A DNA stretch of 64,000 bases from Candidatus Campbellbacteria bacterium (lineage in GTDB: Bacteria > Patescibacteriota > Minisyncoccia > Phycocordibacterales > UBA1006), in contig NZWR01000004.1 in NCBI GenBank assembly GCA_002698305.1, positions 164,161-228,160 on the forward strand, given 5' to 3'. Shown here piece after piece: positions 36,488 to 45,860 of this stretch (positions are counted from its first letter, which is position 1; each line of letters opens with the position of its first letter). The notes beneath the pieces are model-generated. The model did no database searches, was not told the origin of the DNA, and saw only the letters and a list, made by a program, of their open reading frames with translations. A program made the position numbers and the translations under genes.

Positions 36488-36585
36488 ACTTGCCTTAGTA
36501 TAATCAGTGTTATTTTTTTGGGAAATGGATGTTTTATGATAAGGTTCTAAGTAAATCAATTTTTAATTTTTAAATTCAATAACTT

Positions 36586-36870
36586 ATGACAACAATTTTA
36601 GTAGGAAATGACGCATCAAATGTGAAACTGGCAATTCTTGAAGATGAGAAACCAGTAGTAGTTACAAAAGGTAGCCCTGAAGAGATGGCTGATATTTTAG
36701 CTCAACAAACGAGCAACCTAGAACTGGGTAAAAATATTCCTGAGTACGAAAACGGGAAGTATTTTAGCCAATCAAAAAACAAACCTATGCCTTGCGACAA
36801 AGTACCAAATGAAACCTTACATATGCTCAAACGCACTGTTTCAAGAACTCATGCAAATGCTTGCTACTAA
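36586..36870 (+). CDS. Hypothetical protein
   Basis: 94-aa ORF followed by a strong terminator. Confidence 0.4.
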   Translation: MTTILVGNDASNVKLAILEDEKPVVVTKGSPEEMADILAQQTSNLELGKNIPEYENGKYFSQSKNKPMPCDKVPNETLHMLKRTVSRTHANACY

Positions 36871-36893
36871 AAAATTATTATGAAAAAGAAAAT

Positions 36894-36926
36894 AAAAAAT
36901 CGACCGATTTCATCGGTCGATTTTTT
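36894..36926. terminator. Bidirectional hairpin terminator
   Basis: AAAAAATCGACCGAT-ttc-ATCGGTCGATTTTTT overlaps the ileS stop. Confidence 0.85.
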
Positions 36927-39900
36927 ATTTTTCAATAGCAACAATAAACATAAGATGCTCTACAGTAATCTCATCTCCATCATTATGGGTGAAATTAAAC
37001 TCCTTAATTCCTGCTGTAGACTTAATCTCATCTGAGAATGCTTCTATTAACTGTTGTCCTTCTGTAGACGTTTGAACAATGAGATCAATCTCATCATGAG
37101 GCTCAAGCCCTGACTTTTTCCTCAGAGATTGGATTTGGCGCAAGAGTTCCCGCATATTACCCTCAGCTTGAAGTTCTGTGGTAATTTCAGTATCAAGTGC
37201 AAGTTCTCCGTTATGAACTTCTTTCACATTTAACTCATCCTTAATCAGCTCATAATATTGCCTATCTATTCCTTCTAAAGGAGCGGTTAGTGACTGCAAG
37301 GGTTGCCGTACTTTTATCTTTTCTTCTGAACGCAACTGAAGCCCTTCTGAAATAATATCTCGTACCGATTTCATGGTTTCAATAATTGATTGATCACTTT
37401 CTTTCATCTGGTTCCACTGAGCAAGGTGAACTGATTCTTCCATACCATCTGTTTTCAATGATTGCCAAATTTCTTCAGCAATAAATGGAACAAATGGTGC
37501 AATAATTTTTGCTGTCTCAATGAGTACGTATTGTGTTGTTCCTAAGGCCTGTTTTTTATCAGTCTCATCGTCACCTTTATATCGATCACGACTCCTGCGC
37601 ACGTACCATGTTGAGAAATCATCAACGAAATCGAAGATGGGTCGTGCCGCCCTATCAAGTTCATAACCATCAAGACCTGATCTAACTTCGTTTTCAAGTT
37701 CAGCGAGCCGAGCAATAATCCATGCATCCAAAACGTGACCTGAATCATTCCTGCCTATATGATCTACGTCCCCTGCATACATCTCATACAGTGACATAAT
37801 ATTTCTGAGGCGTCCCATAACCTTTGAAGCCACTTCACGAACACCTTTTTCAGAAAATGCGAATTCCTCGGCTCGAACGACCGGTGAATTAACCATATAT
37901 AATCGAATCGCATCCGCTCCGACAGAATCAAACATGTCATATGGATCAGGATAATTTTTCAATGATTTGGACATTTTCTTCCCATCTTCTGCCAAAATAA
38001 GTCCGTTCACGATAACATTTTCAAATGGCGTCTGGTCAAACAGCGCATTTCCAATAACCGTCATAACATAAAACCATCCGCGCGTCTGATCAAGACCCTC
38101 GGCAATAAATTGTGCTGGGAATGCCTCTTCAAACTGTTCTTTATTTTCAAATGGGTAGTGTTGTTGTGCATACGGCATTGATGCAGAGTCAAACCACACA
38201 TCAAACACATCAGGAATGCGCTCAAGAGTATCTCCATTTTCTCCAAGAATTTTTACCTCATCAATATATGGTCGGTGAATATCAATAATGAACTGTTCAT
38301 CATGTGGGAATGGCTTGAAATCTAACTGCAGTAAATGGGCATTTTGAGGTAATCGGTATTCATCCCAAAAATCATGCGCCATTTCTGGTCGTCCATAGCG
38401 ATGGTTTCCGAATTCAGCCGCACGCAAGACACCTCCATGAGATACAATAAGAATTTTTTTGTTTGAGTATGTTTCTTCAAGCTCAAACATTAATGACATA
38501 ACACGTTTATATACATCATTAATAGATTCGGCATCTTCTGAAAGCTTCAAATCAATAAAATCTTCATCGCTGGCGTAATATTCTTGATTGTGCGCGTCTT
38601 CCCATTTTTTACCTTCCCATGTGCTTCCAAGATTGGTTTCGGTAAGTCTTTGGTCAGTAATACACTGGTCATCAGAAAGACCGAGATGGTCTTTGATAAT
38701 GACTGCTGTTTCCTGGGTACGCTGCATTGGTGATACAAAAATATAATCGATATCATCTGGTATTTCAGAAAGTGCTTCCTGCACCTGAGAACGACCTTTA
38801 TCGGTTAGACTATTTGGCGTTTCAACAAGAGAATTAATAATTCCCATGATATTAGATTCTGATTCTCCATGACGAAGACCAAAATAGGTATTACCTGCAG
38901 TTTGCATCCTGCCTAGCATTTCTTCAAATGAGCTAGGAACAAAAGTTTCTTCGCCATCTTTGGATTGCCATACTGGTAACGGCGTTCCCCAAAACCGTGA
39001 TCGAGATAATGCCCAATCACGAGCTCCTTCCAGCCATTTTCCAAATCGCCCTTCCCCAACATGGTCTGGCACCCAGTTCACCTTTTGGTTTGAAGCAATC
39101 AGTTGATCTTTAATTTTTGGTACATCAACATACCATGATGTTGTTGCGTAATTCAGTAGCGGTGTATCACATCGCCAGCAATGAGGGTAACTGTGGACCA
39201 GTTTTTTCTTTGAAAATAATTTCCCGTCATGCGCGAGCCGTTTGATGATTTCAATATCAGTCGACATCAAATCATTTTTTTGTTTAACAAGCATTCCTGC
39301 AAAATCTCCGCCATCAATGGTTTCGGCAAACACATGTTTGAATGCTCCTGATTTTGCCACGTGTTGAATAAATGGCAGAGCTTTATCTTTTCCAAGCTGC
39401 ATATCATCAGAACCAAAGGCTGGTGCAATATGCACAATCCCTGTTCCATCTTCGGTGGTGACAAAATCAGCAGTTAACACTTTCCACCCGTTTTTTGAAT
39501 GTTCTACTTCCGAATCATTTTGGTAATAATCAAAAGGTGCAGTATATGCTTTTCCTTCAAGATCACTTCCTTTCATTTCTTCAGCTATTTCAAACTCTTT
39601 TCCTTCAAAAACTTTTTCTAGAAGATCTTTCCCAACAATAAATTGTTCATCGTCTGACTGAACTTTTACGTAATCAATATCAGTACCAACCGCCAACGCT
39701 ACATTTCCTGGAAGCGTCCATGGTGTTGTTGTCCATGCCAATAGAAAAGTACCTGGTTCATCTTTCAGCTCAAATTTGGCTGTGACTGAAATATCAGTGA
39801 CATCTTTGTAGCCTTGGTTCACTTCAAAATTAGCTAATGTTGTTTCACAACGTGGACACAGATGCATAGCTTTGAAGCCTTCTTTGGTCAGCCCCTTTTT

Positions 39901-40401
39901 ATGTAATTGAGCAAAGACCCACCAGATAGATTCCATGTATGAAGGATTCATTGCCATATAGGCATTATCCATGTCTACCCATCGTCCTGAACGCGGTACA
40001 TACCGTTTCCATTCTGATTCATAACGAAGCACAGAATTTCGAGCTGCATCGTTAAACTTATCAACGCCAAAATCTTCAATATCTTTTTTTGTTTCAAGAC
40101 CAAGCTCTTTTTCAATCAGGTTTTCAATTGGTAATCCATGGCAATCCCATCCCCATTTCCGTGGTACACGGTACCCCTGCATTGTTTTGTATCGTGGAAT
40201 GATATCTTTAATAGTTCCTGCAAGTAAGTGTCCGTAATGAGGTAACCCCGTCGCAAATGGAGGTCCGTCGTAAAAAACAAAATTGCCACTAGGTGATTCT
40301 TGTTCCAGTGATTTTTCAAAAATATTATTCTGTTGCCAGAAAGATAATATTGATTCTTCTGATTGAGCTGTTTTCGACTTTTTATTTTCGCTTTGATTCA
40401 T
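36925..40401 (-). CDS. ileS: Isoleucyl-tRNA synthetase carrying an inserted histidine-phosphatase domain
   Basis: HYGH (HIGH), the CP1 editing domain (WTTTPWTLPGN), KMSKS and an anticodon-binding domain. At 1158 aa it is about 200 aa longer than expected because of an internal extra domain. Confidence 0.95.
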   Translation of the reverse strand: MNQSENKKSKTAQSEESILSFWQQNNIFEKSLEQESPSGNFVFYDGPPFATGLPHYGHLLAGTIKDIIPRYKTMQGYRVPRKWGWDCHGLPIENLIEKELGLETKKDIEDFGVDKFNDAARNSVLRYESEWKRYVPRSGRWVDMDNAYMAMNPSYMESIWWVFAQLHKKGLTKEGFKAMHLCPRCETTLANFEVNQGYKDVTDISVTAKFELKDEPGTFLLAWTTTPWTLPGNVALAVGTDIDYVKVQSDDEQFIVGKDLLEKVFEGKEFEIAEEMKGSDLEGKAYTAPFDYYQNDSEVEHSKNGWKVLTADFVTTEDGTGIVHIAPAFGSDDMQLGKDKALPFIQHVAKSGAFKHVFAETIDGGDFAGMLVKQKNDLMSTDIEIIKRLAHDGKLFSKKKLVHSYPHCWRCDTPLLNYATTSWYVDVPKIKDQLIASNQKVNWVPDHVGEGRFGKWLEGARDWALSRSRFWGTPLPVWQSKDGEETFVPSSFEEMLGRMQTAGNTYFGLRHGESESNIMGIINSLVETPNSLTDKGRSQVQEALSEIPDDIDYIFVSPMQRTQETAVIIKDHLGLSDDQCITDQRLTETNLGSTWEGKKWEDAHNQEYYASDEDFIDLKLSEDAESINDVYKRVMSLMFELEETYSNKKILIVSHGGVLRAAEFGNHRYGRPEMAHDFWDEYRLPQNAHLLQLDFKPFPHDEQFIIDIHRPYIDEVKILGENGDTLERIPDVFDVWFDSASMPYAQQHYPFENKEQFEEAFPAQFIAEGLDQTRGWFYVMTVIGNALFDQTPFENVIVNGLILAEDGKKMSKSLKNYPDPYDMFDSVGADAIRLYMVNSPVVRAEEFAFSEKGVREVASKVMGRLRNIMSLYEMYAGDVDHIGRNDSGHVLDAWIIARLAELENEVRSGLDGYELDRAARPIFDFVDDFSTWYVRRSRDRYKGDDETDKKQALGTTQYVLIETAKIIAPFVPFIAEEIWQSLKTDGMEESVHLAQWNQMKESDQSIIETMKSVRDIISEGLQLRSEEKIKVRQPLQSLTAPLEGIDRQYYELIKDELNVKEVHNGELALDTEITTELQAEGNMRELLRQIQSLRKKSGLEPHDEIDLIVQTSTEGQQLIEAFSDEIKSTAGIKEFNFTHNDGDEITVEHLMFIVAIEK
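38302..38895 (-). other. Histidine phosphatase (phosphoglycerate-mutase superfamily) domain inserted in-frame in IleRS (aa ~503-700)
   Basis: The hallmarks are YFGLRHGESESN (RHG), SPMQRTQETA and VSHGGVLRA. The domain is flanked by the IleRS segments WGTPLPVW (aa 471-478) and HRPYIDE (aa 709-715). Confidence 0.75.
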
Positions 40402-40422
40402 AATGATATTTTAACATGCTGA

Positions 40423-40453
40423 TAAAAAAGGAGCGCTCTATCTAGGGCGCTCC
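40423..40453 (-). terminator. Rho-independent terminator upstream of ileS
   Basis: Minus strand: GGAGCGC-(10 nt)-GCGCTCC followed by TTTTTTAT. Confidence 0.7.
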
Positions 40454-40577
40454 AACAATCAATTATTAAAGAAACCCGATTCTTATGCGGTTGTTTCGAT
40501 AATAGTAATAATGATTGCGTTTGTTTGCATAAAACTATCCTAGCAAGAATAGATTTTTTGCAAAGAAAAAGAATCTA

Positions 40578-41417
40578 TCAAGAGTGTTTTTCTACAAGGT
40601 CAATTATTTGTATTAGTGATTGCTGTTTCCCCTGATGCACAACTCGAGGTAATGCATCGATGATATCAACCACAAAGGTATCCGTAATCCTGATGCCTAT
40701 TGATTTATATTCTTCTAGCCATGTAGTATTCGTTCCAAGTGCCACCGCATAAGCTAAATAATACGTAAATAGTTCTGGCTGCTCTTGTACCGAGTTATGA
40801 AAATCAAGGCGATTTTTTTCAGCAATATTAAGGTACTCTTGAAATCCACTAATCTGGTCACGTAACCTTAATCCTTTTTCTGTATATGTCTGCTCGGCTA
40901 ATTTTATAATATACGAAGTAGCAAAACCAAAAGGAATGAATCCAATAAAATATGCATATCGATCAAACCAACTTGATACTTCGATATTTTCTAGAGTTTC
41001 GAAAAATAACTCAAAACCTGCAAAAACAAAAGCGCCTAAAATTATCAAATATAATAATATTACCCATGCAGATTTACCATGAGTAAAATACCCTCTTTCA
41101 AAAGCTAATTCAGCAATATATGGCTCCACCTTTTTAATATCTTTTTCATCTACGACAGTTTTTCTTGGGCTGGATTTATCAAATTGTATAACCCCTTTTT
41201 CATGGAGAAAAATAATTCCAGCCACCATATCCTGAACGTGTAACTTCTTATCAACAAGAAAACCACACATCATCGGATTTATTTTTTCTGGAGGTTTATA
41301 TGTTGTGACTATCGGTTGATAGGGTTTGCTTTTCACGTAACGATAAAAGAGAAATAGAGTAAATAACCCAAGGAGCCCATACCATATAAGCCACATATCT
41401 GTGAGTGATAATGTCAT
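40578..41417 (-). CDS. Membrane protein, DUF2207-like C-terminal region
   Basis: The YKPPEKINPMMCGFLVDKK...VAGIIFLHEKGVI pattern is followed by TM helices. I chose ATG 41417 because the longer ORF would run through the upstream terminator. Confidence 0.4.
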   Translation of the reverse strand: MTLSLTDMWLIWYGLLGLFTLFLFYRYVKSKPYQPIVTTYKPPEKINPMMCGFLVDKKLHVQDMVAGIIFLHEKGVIQFDKSSPRKTVVDEKDIKKVEPYIAELAFERGYFTHGKSAWVILLYLIILGAFVFAGFELFFETLENIEVSSWFDRYAYFIGFIPFGFATSYIIKLAEQTYTEKGLRLRDQISGFQEYLNIAEKNRLDFHNSVQEQPELFTYYLAYAVALGTNTTWLEEYKSIGIRITDTFVVDIIDALPRVVHQGKQQSLIQIIDLVEKHS

Positions 41418-41430
41418 AATTTGATTATAC

Positions 41431-41464
41431 CAAAAGAAAAACCGCTGTTTCACAACAGTGGTTT
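41431..41464 (-). terminator. Rho-independent terminator
   Basis: Minus strand: AAACCACTGTT-gtga-AACAGCGGTTT followed by TTCTTTT. Confidence 0.65.
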
Positions 41465-41470
41465 ATGGTT

Positions 41471-42034
41471 TTAAATTTTTTGGCCAATATATTCCAAAAG
41501 GTATTTTTCAAAATCTTTTAAAAGTTCAGCCTTAATATCAGAAACATCAGATTTTTGAGTCACAAATAAATTAGTTGTTCTCATAAAATTTGATGCTCTA
41601 TAGAGACGAAATCTATTTTCTGGAAGATTTTTCCCTATAAATACATATCCGTCTTTTTTCATTTTCATATGGAAATTGGGATCAATTTGTGCAATATTAT
41701 CAGTCATTCTGTCATAGTGCTGAAACAGACTCTTCCCATCAAGATATTTATAATATTCCAACATAATTCTTTTGAATGTATACTCATCTTCATCAGATAC
41801 TAAAGTTACTTGGTCAACTACTTGAACCCTATCTTTCTTCTGAAAACAGTTAGGATAATTTTTTTCAAGAATAGCGATAAGTTCCTGCTTCTCTAATTTA
41901 GATATTTTACCCAATTGTGCGGCAGATTTAATTTCACGTAATTCTCTACTTACCTCAAGACACGAAACTCTTTGTGCCTGAGCTGTGAAAGAAATTAAGA
42001 AAGAAACAAAAATAAAAGTTATTAAATTTTTCAT
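41471..42034 (-). CDS. Secreted hypothetical protein
   Basis: 187 aa with signal peptide MKNLITFIFVSFLISFTAQA|Q. Confidence 0.5.
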   Translation of the reverse strand: MKNLITFIFVSFLISFTAQAQRVSCLEVSRELREIKSAAQLGKISKLEKQELIAILEKNYPNCFQKKDRVQVVDQVTLVSDEDEYTFKRIMLEYYKYLDGKSLFQHYDRMTDNIAQIDPNFHMKMKKDGYVFIGKNLPENRFRLYRASNFMRTTNLFVTQKSDVSDIKAELLKDFEKYLLEYIGQKI

Positions 42035-42070
42035 AATGATTGGTTTGTGGCTTGCGCCGATTTACATTAA

Positions 42071-42126
42071 TTTTTTATATTCAAATTTACCCAAAATAAT
42101 TTCTGTGCAAATTTGAATATAAAAAA
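42071..42126. repeat. Perfect 18-bp inverted repeat with a 20-nt spacer in the 5' leader of the 41471-42034 gene
   Basis: TTTTTTATATTCAAATTT (42071-42088) and AAATTTGAATATAAAAAA (42109-42126). Confidence 0.7.
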
Positions 42127-42156
42127 CTACCAACCACCAAAGAACAACTTAATATT

Positions 42157-42185
42157 ATAATACACTAAATTTATAAATTTGTCAA
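42157..42185 (-). promoter_or_regulatory. Near-consensus sigma70-type promoter
   Basis: Minus strand: TTGACA (42185-42180), 17-nt spacer, TATTAT (42162-42157). It reads into the inverted repeat and the secreted-protein gene. Confidence 0.5.
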
Positions 42186-42186
42186 T

Positions 42187-42217
42187 GTAAAAACAACTGT
42201 CTTTTAGTTGTTTTTAC
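42187..42217 (-). terminator. Hairpin overlapping the argS stop codon
   Basis: GTAAAAACAACT-(7 nt)-AGTTGTTTTTAC, a 12-bp stem. Confidence 0.55.
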
Positions 42218-43929
42218 ATCTCTTCAGGTGCCTCGATACCCAAAATCCATAATGCGTTTTTAATTACCTGTGCTGTTGCGTCAGTTAATGCCAACTTGTA
42301 CGGGCTTGCTGTATCCTCAGCATCAACAATTTTGGTATTTCCGTACCAACTATTAAAGAGTTGCGCGAGCTCAGTAATATAGGTCACCACGTAGTGTGGT
42401 GCCAAATCAGCAAAGGCCTGCTGGACAACTAATGAATATCGATAGAGATATCGTTCGATATCGGTGATCTTCCAATTTTCAGGACGCTGTACACTAACAT
42501 CTATTCCTTGTTGGTGAGCCTTTCTCAGCATTGATTGCGACCGTGCGTAGGTATATTGCAGATACGGACCCGAATCTCCTTCAAACGACAGTGAGGTCTC
42601 TGGATCAAAATTGATGTTTTTTCCGGCCTGCGTTCGCAGCACAGCATATTTAATTGCGGCTATTGAAATAATATCAGCCTGTTCTTCGGATTTAATTTTT
42701 CCTTCAGCTTGTATATAAACCTCGTGATTAATTGCATCTAAAATATCAGAAACAATCGGCGTGTTCCCTAGGCGAGACGACATTTTTACACCCTTGAACT
42801 GCATGCGTCCGTGGGTCTTGTGAATTGTTTTATTTTGCCAGTCTGGATTAATTTTACCTGCTGCGGTTCCAACAACTTCAAAATATGGACCTTGCTCGGA
42901 ATCAGTTACAAAAATAGAACGGTCTGGGTTATATCGATCAAATTTAAGTTTTAATAATCCTGTATCTTTGGCTTCGTAGGTTGGGTTTCCATCTTTGTTG
43001 ATAAACACACGCGTATGGAGTGAGCTATTTTCCTCTAAATCATTTTCTGTAGGTTCAAAAATAATTGCCTCATTTGATTCAGCGTAAATGTTAGGGGTAT
43101 TTTTTTTAACCAGTTCTTTCCCAACAATTCCAGCTTCTGATTCAAAAATAAATCCATCAAATGCAGAACCCAAGCGGGCCGTCATCTGAATAAAGTATTG
43201 CAGGTTCAAATCTCGTCCTGCCTTATACGCTTCATAGGCAGGCGTATCACGATGCTCATAGATGTCCTGCGTAATTTCTCTGACGCGAGGTTCAATTTCT
43301 GGATGATCTTGAAAATACTGTGTCCCCTCAGCATAACAGCGACCAAGGAACTGCATTTTTTCTTCAATCGTTTCGAACTCGTCAATTTTTTCTATCCCAT
43401 ATTCTGATAATTGCCATACCGCTTTTCCGATACCTAATGAGACATCAGATGGATACGATATCATCGTTACATCAGCACTGCTTGTTCGGCACAAACGCGT
43501 CATCGCCTCTCCTACGGTGTTGTTCATCATGTGACCAATGTGAAAGGGTTTGAAAAGATTTGGTGATGAATGCTCAACCAGGATTGTCTTGTTTTTCCAT
43601 GATTCATTCCAACCATAGAAATTTCCTTTTTCAAGAATGTTTGACACCTCTTCAGCAAGGAAATCATCAGATAATTGAATGTTAATGAATCCTGGACCTG
43701 CAATTTCAACCGATGCTATTTCGGGAGCAGATATTTTTTCAGTAATTGCTTCTGCAAGTTCTCGGGGATTTTTTCCTTCTTTTTTCGCCAAAACCATGGC
43801 TATGTTTGTAGAAAAATCACCGTGTAATAATTCCCGCGGATGCTCGACTGTAATATCACCCTCATGGTGAATATCTAACTCTTCAAGAGATTGGTGTATA
43901 GCGCTCCTAATTTTTCCCGCAATATTCAT
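42214..43929 (-). CDS. argS: Arginyl-tRNA synthetase
   Basis: SSPNLFKPFHIGH (HIGH region), the DALR anticodon-binding domain and a C-terminal ...EEM. Start at ATG 43929 (MNIAGKIRSAI). Confidence 0.93.
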   Translation of the reverse strand: MNIAGKIRSAIHQSLEELDIHHEGDITVEHPRELLHGDFSTNIAMVLAKKEGKNPRELAEAITEKISAPEIASVEIAGPGFINIQLSDDFLAEEVSNILEKGNFYGWNESWKNKTILVEHSSPNLFKPFHIGHMMNNTVGEAMTRLCRTSSADVTMISYPSDVSLGIGKAVWQLSEYGIEKIDEFETIEEKMQFLGRCYAEGTQYFQDHPEIEPRVREITQDIYEHRDTPAYEAYKAGRDLNLQYFIQMTARLGSAFDGFIFESEAGIVGKELVKKNTPNIYAESNEAIIFEPTENDLEENSSLHTRVFINKDGNPTYEAKDTGLLKLKFDRYNPDRSIFVTDSEQGPYFEVVGTAAGKINPDWQNKTIHKTHGRMQFKGVKMSSRLGNTPIVSDILDAINHEVYIQAEGKIKSEEQADIISIAAIKYAVLRTQAGKNINFDPETSLSFEGDSGPYLQYTYARSQSMLRKAHQQGIDVSVQRPENWKITDIERYLYRYSLVVQQAFADLAPHYVVTYITELAQLFNSWYGNTKIVDAEDTASPYKLALTDATAQVIKNALWILGIEAPEEM

Positions 43930-44028
43930 ATTGTTATTGTACATGGCTCTCATAAATAGCAAAAACATACTCACTATTAATAAGCTTCATAGTTTTACAA
44001 ATTGTACAATTTATGGTAGTATGATCTT

Positions 44029-45858
44029 ATGAAAAAAGTTTATAAAGCACAAGAAATACGAAAACTATTGAAGGAATTAAACCTTCGATTTGCTGTTCTT
44101 CACAAGCGACATGAGGAATATTTTTGGAAGGTCGCTATGGGAAACGAGGATTTTAAAGAAAAGATGAATACAGCTCTGGCAGAGAGAAACGATTTTTTTG
44201 GAAACAATGAACTTCAGAAAAAAGTTAAAGATATGCTCCCTTCTGCAACAGATGAATTAAAGGAACGTTTGATGGCGTGGAAACGTTTCTTTAAAATGAA
44301 CACTGTCCCAACAGAAGCAAAAGAATTACGTAACGAAATCGCACAACTTGAATCAGATATTGAGTCTTTAAGAGAGCATCATGAATTTGGCTATAAAGAT
44401 CCTAAAACGAAAAAGTTTGTTTCGGTAACAAAAAGTGGGTTAATGGCTAAAATGAGAACTGATGAATCTGCAGCACACAGGAAAGCTTATTTTAAAGGAC
44501 TTGAAAATGGTGCAAAAATAGGATTAAAAGAATATGTAAAACTTATTGATAAACGTAATACGTTTGCCAAGCAAATGGGCTATGATGATTTTTTTGATTA
44601 TAAGATTCAGCACGAAGACAAGATGACCAAAGAAGAGTTGTTTAAGCATTTTGATGAAATCTACAAAGCTACTAAAGGCTCATTTAAACAGCTTCGCGCT
44701 CTTGCAAAGAAAAAGAAGAATCTTCAAAAACCTTGGAACTTTGCCTATATGATGAGTGCAGATATCAAGAAAGAAGAAGAACCCTATTTCCCTTTTGAGC
44801 GAGCACTTCCCTATTGGGGACGCAGTCTTCATGATATGGGAATTGGCTTTGCAAAAGGGCGACTTACCCTTGATTTGGTAGCTCGACCGGAAAAGTTTTC
44901 AAACCCGTTCTGTCAATGGCCAGATGTTGTACGGTATAGCGGAAAACGTCGTATCCCTGGGTCAGCCAGGTTTACTGCTGATCTAGTGCCCAACACTCTT
45001 GGCTCAGGTAAACGAGCAATGCGTGTCATGTTCCATGAAGGAGGGCATGCGAGCCACCTACTGAATAGTACCGAAACTGAAGCCTGCAACAACAGCGAAT
45101 ATCTCCCGATGACCTCAGCCTGGGCAGAAACGCAGTCTATGTTTATGGATACGATGTTCAATTCTGCAGAATGGCATTCAAGATATGCACATAACAGTAA
45201 GGGGGAATACTATCCATTAAATCTTCATAAAAAGAAATTTGAATCAGAAGAACATACTTACGGTCTACGTATGATGAGCATCATAGCGATGAGTGAATTT
45301 GAACGAAAAATTTACGAAATGAAAAAGCCGACCGTAGCGAAAATCACTACTCTGGCAAAGAAAATCTCAAAAAAATATTTTGATTATTCTGAAGACAGTC
45401 ACTGGCCATTGTATGTATCACATCTTTTTGTATTTGAATGGTCATGTTCATACTATGGATATGGACTGGCTCAAATGGCCGTTGAACAAATGCGTTCACA
45501 TTATTACCAAGAGTTTGGTTCAATTGTTGGTAATAAAGAAGTTGGTAAAGAATTAACCAAATTATGGAATATGGGAGCGCGACATACCTTTAAAGACTTT
45601 GTGAAAATCGCAACAGGTAAAAAGATTAGTACAACCGCTCTCATCAAAGAATTCACTAAAACCCCGAGCGAACGTTACAAGGAAGCAGTACAACGTATTG
45701 ATGCAATTAAAGATCTCCCTCGTCCAAAGAAAAAAATTAATCTTAAAGGATACATCACCATGGTTCATGGAGAGAGAAAAATCTGTAGTAATATGCGCGA
45801 CTATGCAGGCATGGTAAGCCGATACCATGAATGGATTACCACATACAAAAACACCTAG
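44029..45858 (+). CDS. M3-family-like zinc metallopeptidase (oligoendopeptidase-like)
   Basis: 609 aa with an HEGGHASH (HExxH) motif and a downstream Glu (AETQSMF), on a long helical N-terminal region. Confidence 0.55.
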   Translation: MKKVYKAQEIRKLLKELNLRFAVLHKRHEEYFWKVAMGNEDFKEKMNTALAERNDFFGNNELQKKVKDMLPSATDELKERLMAWKRFFKMNTVPTEAKELRNEIAQLESDIESLREHHEFGYKDPKTKKFVSVTKSGLMAKMRTDESAAHRKAYFKGLENGAKIGLKEYVKLIDKRNTFAKQMGYDDFFDYKIQHEDKMTKEELFKHFDEIYKATKGSFKQLRALAKKKKNLQKPWNFAYMMSADIKKEEEPYFPFERALPYWGRSLHDMGIGFAKGRLTLDLVARPEKFSNPFCQWPDVVRYSGKRRIPGSARFTADLVPNTLGSGKRAMRVMFHEGGHASHLLNSTETEACNNSEYLPMTSAWAETQSMFMDTMFNSAEWHSRYAHNSKGEYYPLNLHKKKFESEEHTYGLRMMSIIAMSEFERKIYEMKKPTVAKITTLAKKISKKYFDYSEDSHWPLYVSHLFVFEWSCSYYGYGLAQMAVEQMRSHYYQEFGSIVGNKEVGKELTKLWNMGARHTFKDFVKIATGKKISTTALIKEFTKTPSERYKEAVQRIDAIKDLPRPKKKINLKGYITMVHGERKICSNMRDYAGMVSRYHEWITTYKNT

Positions 45859-45860
45859 CC

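Noticed and set aside
38302-38895. Reading the IleRS insertion as an intein or other mobile selfish element
   Set aside because: There is no Cys/Ser/Thr-initiated splicing block at the N-junction, no His-Asn plus nucleophile at the C-junction, and no homing-endonuclease motifs. The segment instead has the RHG / SPxxRxxxT / SHGG motifs of histidine phosphatases.
37542-40319. Five 61-69-aa same-strand, out-of-frame ORFs inside ileS
   Set aside because: They are nested in alternative frames of a continuous, motif-complete IleRS ORF. I saw no start context or conservation-like features.
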